From: Gemmatimonadota bacterium
Lineage (GTDB): Bacteria; Gemmatimonadota; Gemmatimonadetes; Gemmatimonadales; GWC2-71-9
DNA length: 64,000 nucleotides
Reading direction: 5' to 3'
Assembly: GCA_036679645.1 (NCBI GenBank)
Contig: JAZDCY010000014.1
Span: forward strand, 224,001 to 288,000
Positions 46,587-56,952 of this stretch are shown here, piece by piece (position 1 is the first letter of the stretch; every line of letters starts with the position of its first letter). The translations under genes were made by a program, and so were the position numbers. The notes under the pieces were generated by a model that was not told where the DNA came from, ran no database searches, and saw only the letters and a list, made by a program, of their open reading frames with translations.

Positions 46587-47500
46587 ATGATCCCTGGGCG
46601 GTGCCTCGGTGCCGCACTGGCGTTGACCATCACCGCTTCGAGCAGCACGGCACAGTCTTCCACTCCGATCACACTCAGTGGCTATATCCGGTCGCTGACC
46701 GGCGTCCAGGATCTCGGCTACGACCCAATCTTCACCGATCGGCGCTCCGCGTTCAACGGTGAGGTAGTGCGGCTCAAGTCGCTGATCGAACTGGGCGACG
46801 TGGCGCGTGTGAGCGTCCACAACCGCGTGGGGGCCCTGTGGAGCTCGGCCGCATTCGACCAGAGCGTGCTGGGCTTCGGGGTAGGTGCTGTGCCCGACCG
46901 CACGGTGGACCTCGTTACGGACGTCATCGACGAGAATGACGTGCGCGTGTGGCACGATCTGGATCGGCTTGCGGTTACAGTGTTCACCGATGCCGTCGAT
47001 TCACCGTTGGCAGGCAGGCTATCACCTGGGGATCTCGAACATCTTTCCCATCGCCGATCTGTGGGCGCAGTTCAGCCCCTTCGAGCTGGATACCGAAGAG
47101 AAGCCCGGTGCCGATGCCGTACGGGCCTTGCACGACCCAGCCAGCGGGTTGGAGTGGGACATTGTTGTTGCAGATCGCGGAACAAACCGTATTGACCCGG
47201 AGCCGATCGCGGGCGTCACCGAGTTTCCCTTTTCGATCTGAACGCGCCACGAGTGGTCCGCGGGTGTTCGTGGGACGTTGGAGTTGCCGGTCGCTGACGT
47301 CTACATAGGCGGTGGGAAGTTCTGGAGTCAGGCGATTGCTCTTGGCGGCGTTTCGCTTGTCGTCGACTCTTGGAAGCTGCCCGCCGAGGTTGCCGCACCG
47401 TGGGATCTCGACACGGACAACCTACGCACGATCCGTCTCACGGCCGGCGTCGGCTGGATGGGTTCAGACACGCAGTTCTCCATCGAGTACCATCACACCT
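46587..47500 (+). pseudogene. Degraded secreted / outer-membrane protein gene
   Basis: Signal peptide, then LSGYIRS, DLDRL, VGRQAITWG, DLWAQFSPFELDTEEKPGADAVR spread over three frames. Confidence 0.6.
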
Positions 47501-47821
47501 GGCTTGGCCGCACGACGCGTCTCGAGGGTGCTATGTTTGGGTTCAGCGCACCGTCGCTAAGCCGTCGCATGAAATTGACGCGCAGTTCGTCTTCCAAGAT
47601 CGCGTGGTGCGTGAAGGTTGGGTCGATCAGTGCGGCACTCGTCCGCGTGTGATCATCGTGCAGCAGCGAGACAGCCGGCCCGGGGCGCCGCGAGCGTTCC
47701 ACCTTGACGGGCGCCGACCCGCCCCTAGCCATTCCGACTGGCCGGCGGCCGTCTGGGCCGACGACAACATCACCAGCGCGATACCGGCCGCGCGAGTCCG
47801 TGAACGGTTTCGAAACTCCAT
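47493..47821 (-). pseudogene. Truncated, frameshifted exported-protein gene
   Basis: SD GGAGG + MEFRNRS signal-like start; the His-containing segment LIDPTFTHHAILEDELRVNF is in another frame. Confidence 0.4.
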
Positions 47822-47887
47822 CGTCCCTCCATTGGCCTGCAACCACTCCATTCGGAGCGTCGCAGCCGGAATACGTTGCACCGTTGA

Positions 47888-48271
47888 TCACGATGACGTA
47901 CTCCGGTGTAGCGGAGGGGCACGGGGACGCGAAGCGGTCCGTCGCAAACGCGACCCCAGTTGCTCGCGGTCGGTGGTCGCCGCAAACGAGACGGTCGGCT
48001 GTGGCAGCGCAGACGTAACCGGCACAGCGGACGGACCGCCGGATGATATGGCGCCAGTAAGCACGCAGCGCGCGGGATGCCCATCGCAGCGCGCGTCTGG
48101 TTCGATGTGCTGTATGAACGCAGAAGCTGTCCCGGAAACGTGGAAGCGTGCGACGTGGTAGGCGGGCGCCGCCACCTGTCCCGCGAACGCGGCCAGAAGG
48201 AGGATTCCTGACGACGCTCGGTGCGCGATGGCACCACGGACCGGCCCGCGGGCCAGTCGGCTCAGAACCAC
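47888..48271 (-). CDS. DUF2946/CruR-like small leader protein with RAPP motif
   Basis: Hydrophobic N-terminus, His/Cys segment HIEPDARCDGHPARC, C-terminal RPRAPP. Confidence 0.5.
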   Translation of the reverse strand: MVLSRLARGPVRGAIAHRASSGILLLAAFAGQVAAPAYHVARFHVSGTASAFIQHIEPDARCDGHPARCVLTGAISSGGPSAVPVTSALPQPTVSFAATTDREQLGSRLRRTASRPRAPPLHRSTSS

Positions 48272-49002
48272 ACCCGCACACCGCCGACAACGGCCACGTC
48301 GCTCACGGCCTCACCTCGTTGCCGGGCCAAGTCGGCGGTCCCGGCGAACCGCCGCAGCCATTCGGCACCGACGTAGGGTGCGTACTCCCGGCGTACCTCA
48401 TACCGAAGGCGGAGCCCGACGTTGACGTCGTTGAGCCCTTGACCTACACCGAAGTCCGAGACCTCTTGCACCGCAGCGTTGACCTCAACGCGCGGCTGTG
48501 CGATCAGCCGCTGAGTCACGAACATGTCGTATGTCGTGGTAAGCCGGGCCGAGACGTGACCATCCTGGCTCACGAACACCGCAGGCTCCAGCTCGAACCA
48601 ATAGGGTGCAAGGCCCTCGAGCCCGAGGACCGTGAGGACGCGGGCCCGTTCCGTTCCGCCGCCGTAGCGCACGTCGACGCGGGCCCCGATCTGCAGGTCC
48701 CAGTAGGGTGCCACCAGTCGGCCGTACAGTACCTGGACCTCGACCTCGCCGCCCCCGCCCACGGTGGCCTGGTCGCCTTCGCCCTTGAACCAGAGGCGGG
48801 TGAAGTCTCCCCCGACCCAGCCGAGCAAGTCCCATCCCACAGGATTCGCATCGCCCGTGCGGCGGTACTCGAATCGATCGAAGAGCACGAACGTGTAGAT
48901 CGCGTCATCCGCCACCTGCGCGCCCGCGGCCGCAGGTCGCATCAACGGGATCATCGAGGCAAGCACCATGGCGGAAACGACGGAGCTCACGCGTCGTGTC
49001 AC
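48262..49002 (-). CDS. copB: Copper resistance outer-membrane protein B
   Basis: FDRFEY; W.GGD..RLW.K.EG; GLAPYWFE; GLRLRYE.RRE.APY.G; ends VRVWF; GTGA overlap with copA. Confidence 0.9.
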   Translation of the reverse strand: MTRRVSSVVSAMVLASMIPLMRPAAAGAQVADDAIYTFVLFDRFEYRRTGDANPVGWDLLGWVGGDFTRLWFKGEGDQATVGGGGEVEVQVLYGRLVAPYWDLQIGARVDVRYGGGTERARVLTVLGLEGLAPYWFELEPAVFVSQDGHVSARLTTTYDMFVTQRLIAQPRVEVNAAVQEVSDFGVGQGLNDVNVGLRLRYEVRREYAPYVGAEWLRRFAGTADLARQRGEAVSDVAVVGGVRVWF

Positions 49003-50750
49003 GCGTCGTCCTCCGTCACCACGTCGATCACCTCGACCACGCGAAACATCCCCGTGTCCATGTGATACAGGATGTGGCAGTGCAGCGCCCATTTCCCGGG
49101 CACATCAGGTGTAGCGAGGAACGACACCCGTTCGGCCGGCTTCACGTTGATCGTGTGCTTGCGCGGCCGGAGGTGTCCGGCCCCGTTCTCCAACTCCATC
49201 CACATGCCATGTAGATGGATTGGATGTTCCATCATGGTGTCGTTCACGAACGTCACGCGGATCCGCTCCCCCAGCCGCATCGGGATCGGCGCCGGCGCCT
49301 GCGAGAACTTCTTACCATCAAATGACCAGAGATATCGCTCCATATGGCCCGTGAGGTGGAGCTCCAGCTCACGAACGGGCTCGCGGTGATCGTGGCCCGG
49401 CACGAGACCGCGAAGATCCGAGTACAGCAGCACGCGCCGGCCGTCATCGCCGAGCCCCACGCCGGGCTCACTCAGACGGGACCGCGTCACCTCCGGGACG
49501 GCTTGGTTTCCGGCCCCGTGGTTGTCCGGACCGTGGGGCACGGGTTCGGGAGCCGACACCGCCGCGTGATCCCCCTGTTGCATACCGGGCATAGGCAAGT
49601 CCCCCTCACCGCCACCCATGTCCACCATCGCCATCCCCATGTCGGCCATGGAACGGACCGGCCGGGCGCGGCGCCGCGGAATCGGCCCGCTCATCCCGGG
49701 ACGCGGCGCGAGCGTTCCCCGGGCATACCCGCTCCGGTCCATGGACTCGGCGAAGATCGTGTAGGCCATGTCCTCGGTGGGCTGGACGATCACATCGTAT
49801 GTCTCGGCTATGGCGATGCGGAACTCGTCCACCGTGACCGGCTGCACATTCTGTCCGTCAGCCTGGACCACCGTCAGCGGTAGGCCAGGAATCCGGACAT
49901 CGAAGTAACTCCCGGCCCCCGCGTTGATGAACCGCAGACGGACGCGCTCCCCCGGACGGAACAGTCCCGTCCAGTTGGTCTGCGGAGCCATCCCGTTCAT
50001 GACGTACGTGTATGTGGCGCCGGTGACATCGGCGATGTCGGTTGCGTCCATCCGCATCCGGCCCCAACGCAAGCGGTCCGCGAGCCCGCCGTCATCGCCG
50101 CGGAAGAGATCAGCGACGGTACGACGTCGGAAGTTGTAGTAGCCGCCCATCTTCTTGAGGTGAGCGAGGACGTCGTGCGGATCCTCGAATGTCCAGTCGC
50201 CGAGCATTACCACGTAGTCGCGATCATACGCGAACGGCTCGGGCTCAGCCGGGTCGATGATCAGAGGTCCGTAGTGCCCCAGCTGTTCCTGGAGACCCGA
50301 GTGGCTGTGGTACCAATAGGTGCCGCTCTGTCGCAGCGGATACTCGTATACGAACGTTTCCCCTGCCGGGATGCCGGGGAACGTGACCTGCGGCACGCCG
50401 TCCATCCCGTTCGGCAGAATTATCCCGTGCCAGTGGATGGACGTATCCTCGTCCAGCGCGTTCGTGACCGGGATCGTCGCTGTGTCCCCCTCATGGAAGC
50501 GGAGAAGAGGACCCGGCACGGTGCTGTTGATGGCATCTGCCCACGTACGACGCCCGCCGATATCGATCGCCGTCCGTCCGATGGTGAGTCCGTACCTTAC
50601 GGTGGAGCCGGACCGGCGCCTCGCTATGCTCGGAAGACCCGTGCGCGCGTATGTTGGTATCAGGCGCTCGAAGCCGCCGAGCCCGACGAGCGCCGCACCG
50701 CCGGCGTGCAGGAAGTCCCGGCGCGTAACGAAACTGCAGTCGGAATTCAC
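48999..50750 (-). CDS. copA: CopA-family multicopper oxidase (Tat-exported)
   Basis: TRRDFL; HWHG; WYHSH; HPIHLHG; HCHILYHM; Met-rich loop. Confidence 0.95.
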   Translation of the reverse strand: MNSDCSFVTRRDFLHAGGAALVGLGGFERLIPTYARTGLPSIARRRSGSTVRYGLTIGRTAIDIGGRRTWADAINSTVPGPLLRFHEGDTATIPVTNALDEDTSIHWHGIILPNGMDGVPQVTFPGIPAGETFVYEYPLRQSGTYWYHSHSGLQEQLGHYGPLIIDPAEPEPFAYDRDYVVMLGDWTFEDPHDVLAHLKKMGGYYNFRRRTVADLFRGDDGGLADRLRWGRMRMDATDIADVTGATYTYVMNGMAPQTNWTGLFRPGERVRLRFINAGAGSYFDVRIPGLPLTVVQADGQNVQPVTVDEFRIAIAETYDVIVQPTEDMAYTIFAESMDRSGYARGTLAPRPGMSGPIPRRRARPVRSMADMGMAMVDMGGGEGDLPMPGMQQGDHAAVSAPEPVPHGPDNHGAGNQAVPEVTRSRLSEPGVGLGDDGRRVLLYSDLRGLVPGHDHREPVRELELHLTGHMERYLWSFDGKKFSQAPAPIPMRLGERIRVTFVNDTMMEHPIHLHGMWMELENGAGHLRPRKHTINVKPAERVSFLATPDVPGKWALHCHILYHMDTGMFRVVEVIDVVTEDDA

Positions 50751-50762
50751 GATTGGCCTAAG

Positions 50763-51257
50763 TCACCGTGCTCCGCCGCTTCCTTCCGGTCGTTTTCTCC
50801 GACCAGAAGTGTGCAGGTGCACGATCACCCACCGCCCGTCCCGCTTCTCGAGCACCGCGGTCCCGCGCCCCTCGATCTCCGCGTGTCCGCGTTCCGTGTC
50901 TGCACTCAGCTCGTAGCGGAACGGTGTCCACGCCGTTGCCCCGCGCACCTGCGGCTCGATGGCGAAGTAGCGATAACGAAAGTTCTCCATCTCACCGAGT
51001 TCCGGCACTAGGTGATGATCGCGGTAGTCGGCCCAGCCGTGATTGACGCCTGCGCCCTCGATGATGTGCACCCACTCGTCCGGGGCAAACAGCGTGTCCA
51101 TGCCGGCGACATTCTTTGCCTGGGAGAACGCGGCGAACGCGGTCAGCACCTGTTCGACGGCCTCGACGTCGGGGTCCTGAACGACCGCGTGAGACGGCAC
51201 TGCCATCCCCGTCAGCAACAATCCCATCGCACCGGTAGTGATCCGCAACTTTCGCAT
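50763..51257 (-). CDS. Exported SnoaL/NTF2-like protein
   Basis: SD + MRKLRI signal peptide; GW.DYRDHHL.PE; TAVLEK.DG.W.IVHLHTS. Confidence 0.75.
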   Translation of the reverse strand: MRKLRITTGAMGLLLTGMAVPSHAVVQDPDVEAVEQVLTAFAAFSQAKNVAGMDTLFAPDEWVHIIEGAGVNHGWADYRDHHLVPELGEMENFRYRYFAIEPQVRGATAWTPFRYELSADTERGHAEIEGRGTAVLEKRDGRWVIVHLHTSGRRKRPEGSGGAR

Positions 51258-51299
51258 TCTGTTGTCCCTTCCTGGAGGAGGCGTATTGGACACCGGACG

Positions 51300-51830
51300 G
51301 CAATCAAGACTCATCGTGCGTCGGCCGGAGGAGCGTACCGCCGACGGCAAGCGCCAAGATGATCCCGCCATATCATGGTCGCCCTCAGCGTCCCGATCGG
51401 CTACCACCGCCGCGGCACTCATCATCATATCGACCGAGGCGACTTCGTCACCGTCGCTGACCACCGCAACAAGTCGGTAGCTTCCGGCGGCGACCTCACG
51501 TGGGATAAGCACCCGACTAACGAAGGCCCCTACTGAATCGTTGTCGACCGAGCCCAGCTCAATGCGGCCGTTGATACCGGCTAGCGCCAGCATGAGACAC
51601 GAGCGAGTGCCAAACCTTTCTCCAGCGATCTGCAGGCTGTGACCAGCAGTGAGGTCACGCGTTGCGGGCCTTGAGCACCCCGTCTTCGCGCGCGGCGGCC
51701 GGGCACTGCCAAACAGGCAGCAGACCGAAGTCTCGCTCTTCCGTGTGATGATTGGCCCCACGATGGCCACCGTGCCGCCCGATTTCAGGACCTCGTCGTG
51801 CACGTGTGGAAAAGGGATGGGGAACACTCC
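51300..51830 (-). pseudogene. Remnant of a metal-island accessory protein gene
   Basis: LTAGHSLQIAGERF...LGSV..D.VG.F...IP....GSYRLVAV.SDGDEV, DHDMAG; no clean start or stop. Confidence 0.4.
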
Positions 51831-51919
51831 GTTTCAGCCGTTAGTAGCCTCGAAGGCTCGTGCGTACCGCAGGATCCTCCGCTGGGATTGGGATGAGAAG
51901 ACCGATCGCGATTCCAATC

Positions 51920-52075
51920 TCACAGCCCGAGAACGGCTGTTGGTACTGAACGGTTGGTTCTCGTATCGTCGCCCAGTCTGTCCTCGGTTGTTCTTCCCCA
52001 ACACATCACGCCGCCGTCAGAGGATCGGGCACAATTGTGGTGACCACCCGCGACGAGCGCGCGGGACCAGCTCTT
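51920..52075 (-). pseudogene. C-terminal RCC1-repeat fragment
   Basis: LVAGGHHNCA..SDGGVMCWG.....LGD.T.TNRSVPTAV.GL. Confidence 0.65.
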
Positions 52076-52354
52076 CAGCTGCCCCGAACTTTCGTCTGCG
52101 CCGAGATCGGAAGAGAACCGCCGCAATCAGCACCGTTGGCGGCGCGTTGAGCACGGAGTGTAAGCGTGGGATATCATACGGTGCGAGATACACAGCACCT
52201 CCTTTGGCAGTCCCCCACTCGCCCCTTCGTGTCAGCTTCGCCCCGGCCCGCCGGGTTGCGGGATTGCCACAGCACGGTCGTCAGCGTCACGGCGGACAGG
52301 GTGACGGTTGCTCGCTCGAGCGACATAGCCGCTGCCCGATCCCGTTCAGTGACA

Positions 52355-52747
52355 TTATGGGTAGCGGAACCGCAGATTGTGCCGGGTACCGGTGATTGGC
52401 AGACTCACCACAGCCCGGAACGTGGCGAACGTCCGAGGGTCGAACCGGGCGACCAGGCGCTGGCTCGCCGTGTCCGCCTGGAGGGGTATCGTTACCTGGC
52501 TTCCGCCGGCACCCATGAGAGTTATGCTGGCGCCCGACGGGGCCGGGAGCACCTGCTGCTGCTCGTCGAGCAGCCACACGGAGATCGAACCCGTCGAATC
52601 CGCCTTGAATTCCACGTGATGTTCGGCCACCTCGATGACTTCGCCCCCGTGGGGGGCGGTGTGGGTGTGCTGCGCCCGCAGGGTAGCGGTTAGCGCGACC
52701 GAGAGTACGCCGATCATAGCGCTAACCCGCGTCAAGATCTGTAGCAC
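52355..52747 (-). CDS. His-rich periplasmic metal-binding protein
   Basis: Signal peptide followed by QHTHTAPHGGEVIEVAEHHVE. Confidence 0.7.
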   Translation of the reverse strand: MLQILTRVSAMIGVLSVALTATLRAQHTHTAPHGGEVIEVAEHHVEFKADSTGSISVWLLDEQQQVLPAPSGASITLMGAGGSQVTIPLQADTASQRLVARFDPRTFATFRAVVSLPITGTRHNLRFRYP

Positions 52748-52771
52748 GGTATGGCTCCCTCCTGTAGATGG

Positions 52772-55700
52772 TCAGTCACCGCGCGCCAGGGCCACGTCGC
52801 CCGGCACCGGCACGATAGTTTCTTCCCTCGCTTCCACCCTCTCCCGTCCCGCGACGAACTGTTTGTACAGCGCAGGAATGACGAGCAGGGTGAGGGGCGT
52901 GGCCGTGAACATGCCACCGAGAATCACGGTCGCGAGCGGGTACTGCAGCTCGGTCCCCGGAAGCCCGGCCCGCAACGCGAGCGGCACCAGCCCGATTGAC
53001 GCCACGAGGGCGGTCATCAGCACGGGATTCAGCCGCTCCATGGACCCCTGCCAGATCACGTCCTCCCACGATTTCCCTTCGGCTCGCAACTGCGTGTAGT
53101 GCGTCATCATCATGATGCCGTTTCGGGTGGCGATCCCGAACAGCGTGATGAAGCCCACGATCGATGCCACCGAGAGCGTTTTGTTGGTCAGGTAGACGGC
53201 GAAGACCCCGCCGATGACCGCGAGGGGAAGGTTGGTGAGTACCAGCAGCGGCGAGCGCACCGACCCGAACACGAGGAAGAGGAGCAGGAAGATAGCGACT
53301 ACCGACACGGCGCCGATGCCCAACAGCTGGCGCATCGCCCGCGCCTGCTGCTCGAATTGCCCCCCGTACTGCAGGAAGTACCCCTGCGGGAACTCCACCT
53401 GTCGCGCGATGCGCCCCCGCAGATCGTTGACGAAGCCCGTCAGATCCCGCCCCTGGACGTTGGACTGGATCACAATCTTCCGCATCACCGCCTCGCGGCT
53501 GATCTGGTTCGGGCCGTAGTCCAAACGGACCCGGGCGACCTGACCGATGGGCACCTTCGTGCCCGACGGGGTGTCGAGCAGCAGCGAGCGGATGACATTA
53601 AGATTGTTGCGGGACACGCTGTCGGTCCACACGACGAGATCGAACGTCGCTTGGCCATCGAGGATCTGGGAGGCGACTGTGCCGTTGAACGCTATCTGGA
53701 TCGTCTGGGAAATGTCCCCCGGCGTGAGGCCATAGCGGGCGGCTGCGACCCGGTCGATGACGATCGGGATCTGGGGCACGAGGGCCTGCTGTTCCACGAA
53801 GAGATCGGCCACGCCCGGCGTGCCGGCCGCCACTACGCGAATCTCCTCGGCCTTCTGCCGGAGGACTGAGAGGTCCGGCCCGAACAGGCTGATGGCGAGC
53901 TGGGCACGGGTGCCGGAAAGCATATGCTCGATGCGATGGGAGAGCGGCTGACCGATGTTCACGCTGACGCCCGGCACTTGCCCCAGGTCTTGGCGAACGG
54001 CCGCGACAACCTCAGCCTGCGTGCGCATGCCCTTCCCGCGCTTCAACTCCACTTCGATCTCATTGTACTGCACTCCCTCAGCGTGCTCGTCCAGTTCGGC
54101 GCGGCCGGTCTTCCTGGCCGTGAGAACGACTTCGGGATATTCGAGCAGTTTCTGTTCGACGATCCGACCGATCCGCGCGGATTCCCGGAGCGACGTCCCC
54201 GGCTCGAGCAGGACGTTGACAGTGAGGCTCCCCTCGATAAACGGGGGGAGGAACTCCCTGCCCAACCTCGGCAGGATGGCCAGGGCGGCGACGAACAGCG
54301 CCACCGAACCTCCCAGCATCCAGAACGGCCGCCCCAGGCTGAACCTGAGGAACGGCGCGTACATCGCCTTGAGCCACCGGTAGGTGAACGTCTCGTGGCT
54401 GTGCTTGCCCAGGAAGCGGTCACGCCCCAGCAGGAAGTAGCACAGCACCGGCGTTATGGTGAGCGCGACGAGCAGCGAGGCCATGATGGCAACGATGTAG
54501 GCCACCCCCAAAGGCGCGAACATCTTCCCCTCGATACCCGAGAGCGCAAAGAGCGGCGCGAACACCACCGCGATGATCAAGGTCGCGAAAACGATGGAGT
54601 TCCGGATCTCCGCCGAGGCCTCGTACACCACGGTGAGCACCGGCCTGCGCTCGCTCGGCGGGTGGGCGTGGTTTCCCTTCAGGCGCCGGAACACATTTTC
54701 CACATCGATGATCGCGTCGTCGACCAGGGCGCCGATGGCGATGGCTAGCCCCCCGAGGGTCATGGTGTTGATGTTGAGCCCGAACCAGCTCAGCACCAGG
54801 ATCGCCACGACCAGGGAGAACGGGATGGCCGTGAGACTGATGGCCGTCGTCCGGAAGTTGAGCAGGAAGAGGAATAGGATGATCGTGACCAGTATGCCGC
54901 CCTCGCGGATCGCGCCCGCCACGTTCTCTATGGCCCGCTCGATGAACCCCGCCTGGCGGTACACCGTGCGCTCGAGATGCACGTCGGGCGGGACGGTCCG
55001 CTGCAGCTCGTCCAGCGTGGCGTCGATTCGCCTGGTGAGCTCCAGGGTATTCGCCGAGGGCTGCCGCGAGATCGTGAGCAGCACCGCCGGACCCCCGCTG
55101 AGGCTGGCATCCCCCCGCTTGAGCTGGGCCCCCAGGCGGACATCAGCGACCTGTCGGATCAGCACGGGGGTCCCGCCCCGAACGTCGATCGCCGTGTTCC
55201 GCAGGTCGTCCAGCGACGTCACGCGCCCGATGCCCCGGATCAGGTACTCCTGGCCGGGCGTCTGCAGGAATCCGCCGGGAGCGTTGATGTTGGAGCCTTG
55301 GACGGCCTCGAAGACTTGCTGCAACGTGACATCGTAGGCACGCAGCCTGGCCGGATCGACCAGCACCTGGTATTGCTTTCGATCGCCTCCCATCACGATC
55401 ACCTGAGACACACCCGGCACCGAGAGGAGGCGCGTCCGGACCGTCCAGTCTGCCAGAGTCCGCAGCTCCATCGGTGTCGTCGTGGTGGACGCCATCGCGA
55501 CGATCATGATCTCGCCCATGCGGGAGGAGATAGGGCCCATCACCGGCGGATCCACGCCCGCCGGCAGCTGTCGCAGCGCCAGCTGGAGCTTCTCGGACAC
55601 CAGCTGGCGGGCCACGTAGATGTTGGTGCCGTAGGAGAACGTCACCGTCACGACCGAGAGACCGATCGCGCTGGACGAGCGCACCGAGGTGACGTTGGCC

Positions 55701-55927
55701 GCCCCATTGATCGACGACTCGATCGGGAAGGTGACGAGGGCCTCCACCTCCTGCGGCGACATCCCCGGCGCCTCGGTGAGGATCGTCACCTGGGGCGCCG
55801 TGATGTCGGGGAACACGTCGATCGGAAGCTCGGCGATCTTCCGGCCGCCGAGCACCAGGAGCAGCACGCTCGCCGCCAGCACCAGCCAGCGGTTCTTGAG
55901 CGACCAGGCGATGAACTTGTTCAGCAT
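52772..55927 (-). CDS. czcA: Heavy-metal efflux RND permease (CzcA/CusA family)
   Basis: LPIDVFPD; EALVTFPIE; GALVDDAIIDVEN; GIEGKMFAPL; ERLNPVLMTA. Confidence 0.9.
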   Translation of the reverse strand: MLNKFIAWSLKNRWLVLAASVLLLVLGGRKIAELPIDVFPDITAPQVTILTEAPGMSPQEVEALVTFPIESSINGAANVTSVRSSSAIGLSVVTVTFSYGTNIYVARQLVSEKLQLALRQLPAGVDPPVMGPISSRMGEIMIVAMASTTTTPMELRTLADWTVRTRLLSVPGVSQVIVMGGDRKQYQVLVDPARLRAYDVTLQQVFEAVQGSNINAPGGFLQTPGQEYLIRGIGRVTSLDDLRNTAIDVRGGTPVLIRQVADVRLGAQLKRGDASLSGGPAVLLTISRQPSANTLELTRRIDATLDELQRTVPPDVHLERTVYRQAGFIERAIENVAGAIREGGILVTIILFLFLLNFRTTAISLTAIPFSLVVAILVLSWFGLNINTMTLGGLAIAIGALVDDAIIDVENVFRRLKGNHAHPPSERRPVLTVVYEASAEIRNSIVFATLIIAVVFAPLFALSGIEGKMFAPLGVAYIVAIMASLLVALTITPVLCYFLLGRDRFLGKHSHETFTYRWLKAMYAPFLRFSLGRPFWMLGGSVALFVAALAILPRLGREFLPPFIEGSLTVNVLLEPGTSLRESARIGRIVEQKLLEYPEVVLTARKTGRAELDEHAEGVQYNEIEVELKRGKGMRTQAEVVAAVRQDLGQVPGVSVNIGQPLSHRIEHMLSGTRAQLAISLFGPDLSVLRQKAEEIRVVAAGTPGVADLFVEQQALVPQIPIVIDRVAAARYGLTPGDISQTIQIAFNGTVASQILDGQATFDLVVWTDSVSRNNLNVIRSLLLDTPSGTKVPIGQVARVRLDYGPNQISREAVMRKIVIQSNVQGRDLTGFVNDLRGRIARQVEFPQGYFLQYGGQFEQQARAMRQLLGIGAVSVVAIFLLLFLVFGSVRSPLLVLTNLPLAVIGGVFAVYLTNKTLSVASIVGFITLFGIATRNGIMMMTHYTQLRAEGKSWEDVIWQGSMERLNPVLMTALVASIGLVPLALRAGLPGTELQYPLATVILGGMFTATPLTLLVIPALYKQFVAGRERVEAREETIVPVPGDVALARGD

Positions 55928-55934
55928 CCGGGCC

Positions 55935-56930
55935 TCAGTGGGTGTGGGGTTTGCTCTCGTCCACGACACCCCCACCCGCTGGCCGGAGCGCGACGGTCTT
56001 GAGCTCCCACGCGCCCTGCCTGACTACGAGGTCCCCGGGAAACACGCCCCTCGTGATGGCGGTGTAGCGGTCGTCCCGTTCCCCGACCACCACGTCCTGG
56101 CGCACGAAGTCCTCCCCATTCTGCACGAACACGAAGCGGTTGGGTCCGTCGGTCTGCACCGCCTCGTTGGGGACCGTGACAACCTGACCGGTCGTCGCCA
56201 CAACGAGATTGAGTTGCGCGAACATGCCCGGCTTGAGCTGGCGGTCCGGAGTATTGGCCACATTGATCCAGATGCGGAGGGTGCGCCGCACCGGCTCGAT
56301 CTCGTCCGCCAACCGCACGACCCGGCCGGTGAACACCCGGTCGGGATACGGCACCACACGCAACCGGGCCACCTCGCCGGAGCGCACGTCAGCGAGATCA
56401 GCCTCGTAGACCTCCGCCGCCGCCAACAGGTGCGACAGGTCGCCGACGTGGAACAGGACCCTGGTGGGGTCCACGGTCTCGCCAACCGTAACTGATCGTT
56501 GAAGAACGACCCCGTCCAACGGTGAGTCGACCTCGACAGTGGGTGGCGTTTCCGCAATCTGGAGACTCTGGAGGGCGACGAGCGGCTGGCCACGGGCGAC
56601 CATGTCACCGACGTTGGCGTAAACCGCGGTCACCTTGCCCTGGACCCGGGACGAGACGAACGCCTCGTTATCGGGATCCACCTCTAGCGTCGCGTTGAGC
56701 AGCAGCGTGCGCTGGATTTCTCGTTCTTCCGCAAGCTCGACCGTGAGGCCGATGTTGGCCCGGGCCTCGGGGCTGATCGTAATGGTTCCGGGCTCTGTCG
56801 CCTCCTCGTGGCTCTGTTCGTCCGGATCGCCGGGAACGGTCTCGCTCTGGGTCCGACTACAGGCCCATCCGCCGAGGGCGCTCAGCGCCAGCACGCCAGC
56901 GAAGATCAATCGTGTACGCATCGACCTCAT
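55935..56930 (-). CDS. czcB: RND periplasmic adaptor (CzcB-like)
   Basis: SPLDGVV; LKPGMF; VP.EAV; ends HTH. Confidence 0.85.
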   Translation of the reverse strand: MRSMRTRLIFAGVLALSALGGWACSRTQSETVPGDPDEQSHEEATEPGTITISPEARANIGLTVELAEEREIQRTLLLNATLEVDPDNEAFVSSRVQGKVTAVYANVGDMVARGQPLVALQSLQIAETPPTVEVDSPLDGVVLQRSVTVGETVDPTRVLFHVGDLSHLLAAAEVYEADLADVRSGEVARLRVVPYPDRVFTGRVVRLADEIEPVRRTLRIWINVANTPDRQLKPGMFAQLNLVVATTGQVVTVPNEAVQTDGPNRFVFVQNGEDFVRQDVVVGERDDRYTAITRGVFPGDLVVRQGAWELKTVALRPAGGGVVDESKPHTH

Positions 56931-56952
56931 TCCTGGATTGTCAATGTTCGAC

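Noticed and set aside
50763..51827. 354-aa fusion protein
   Set aside because: The real SnoaL-like gene starts at 51257 with its own SD and signal peptide; the upstream part is remnant sequence.
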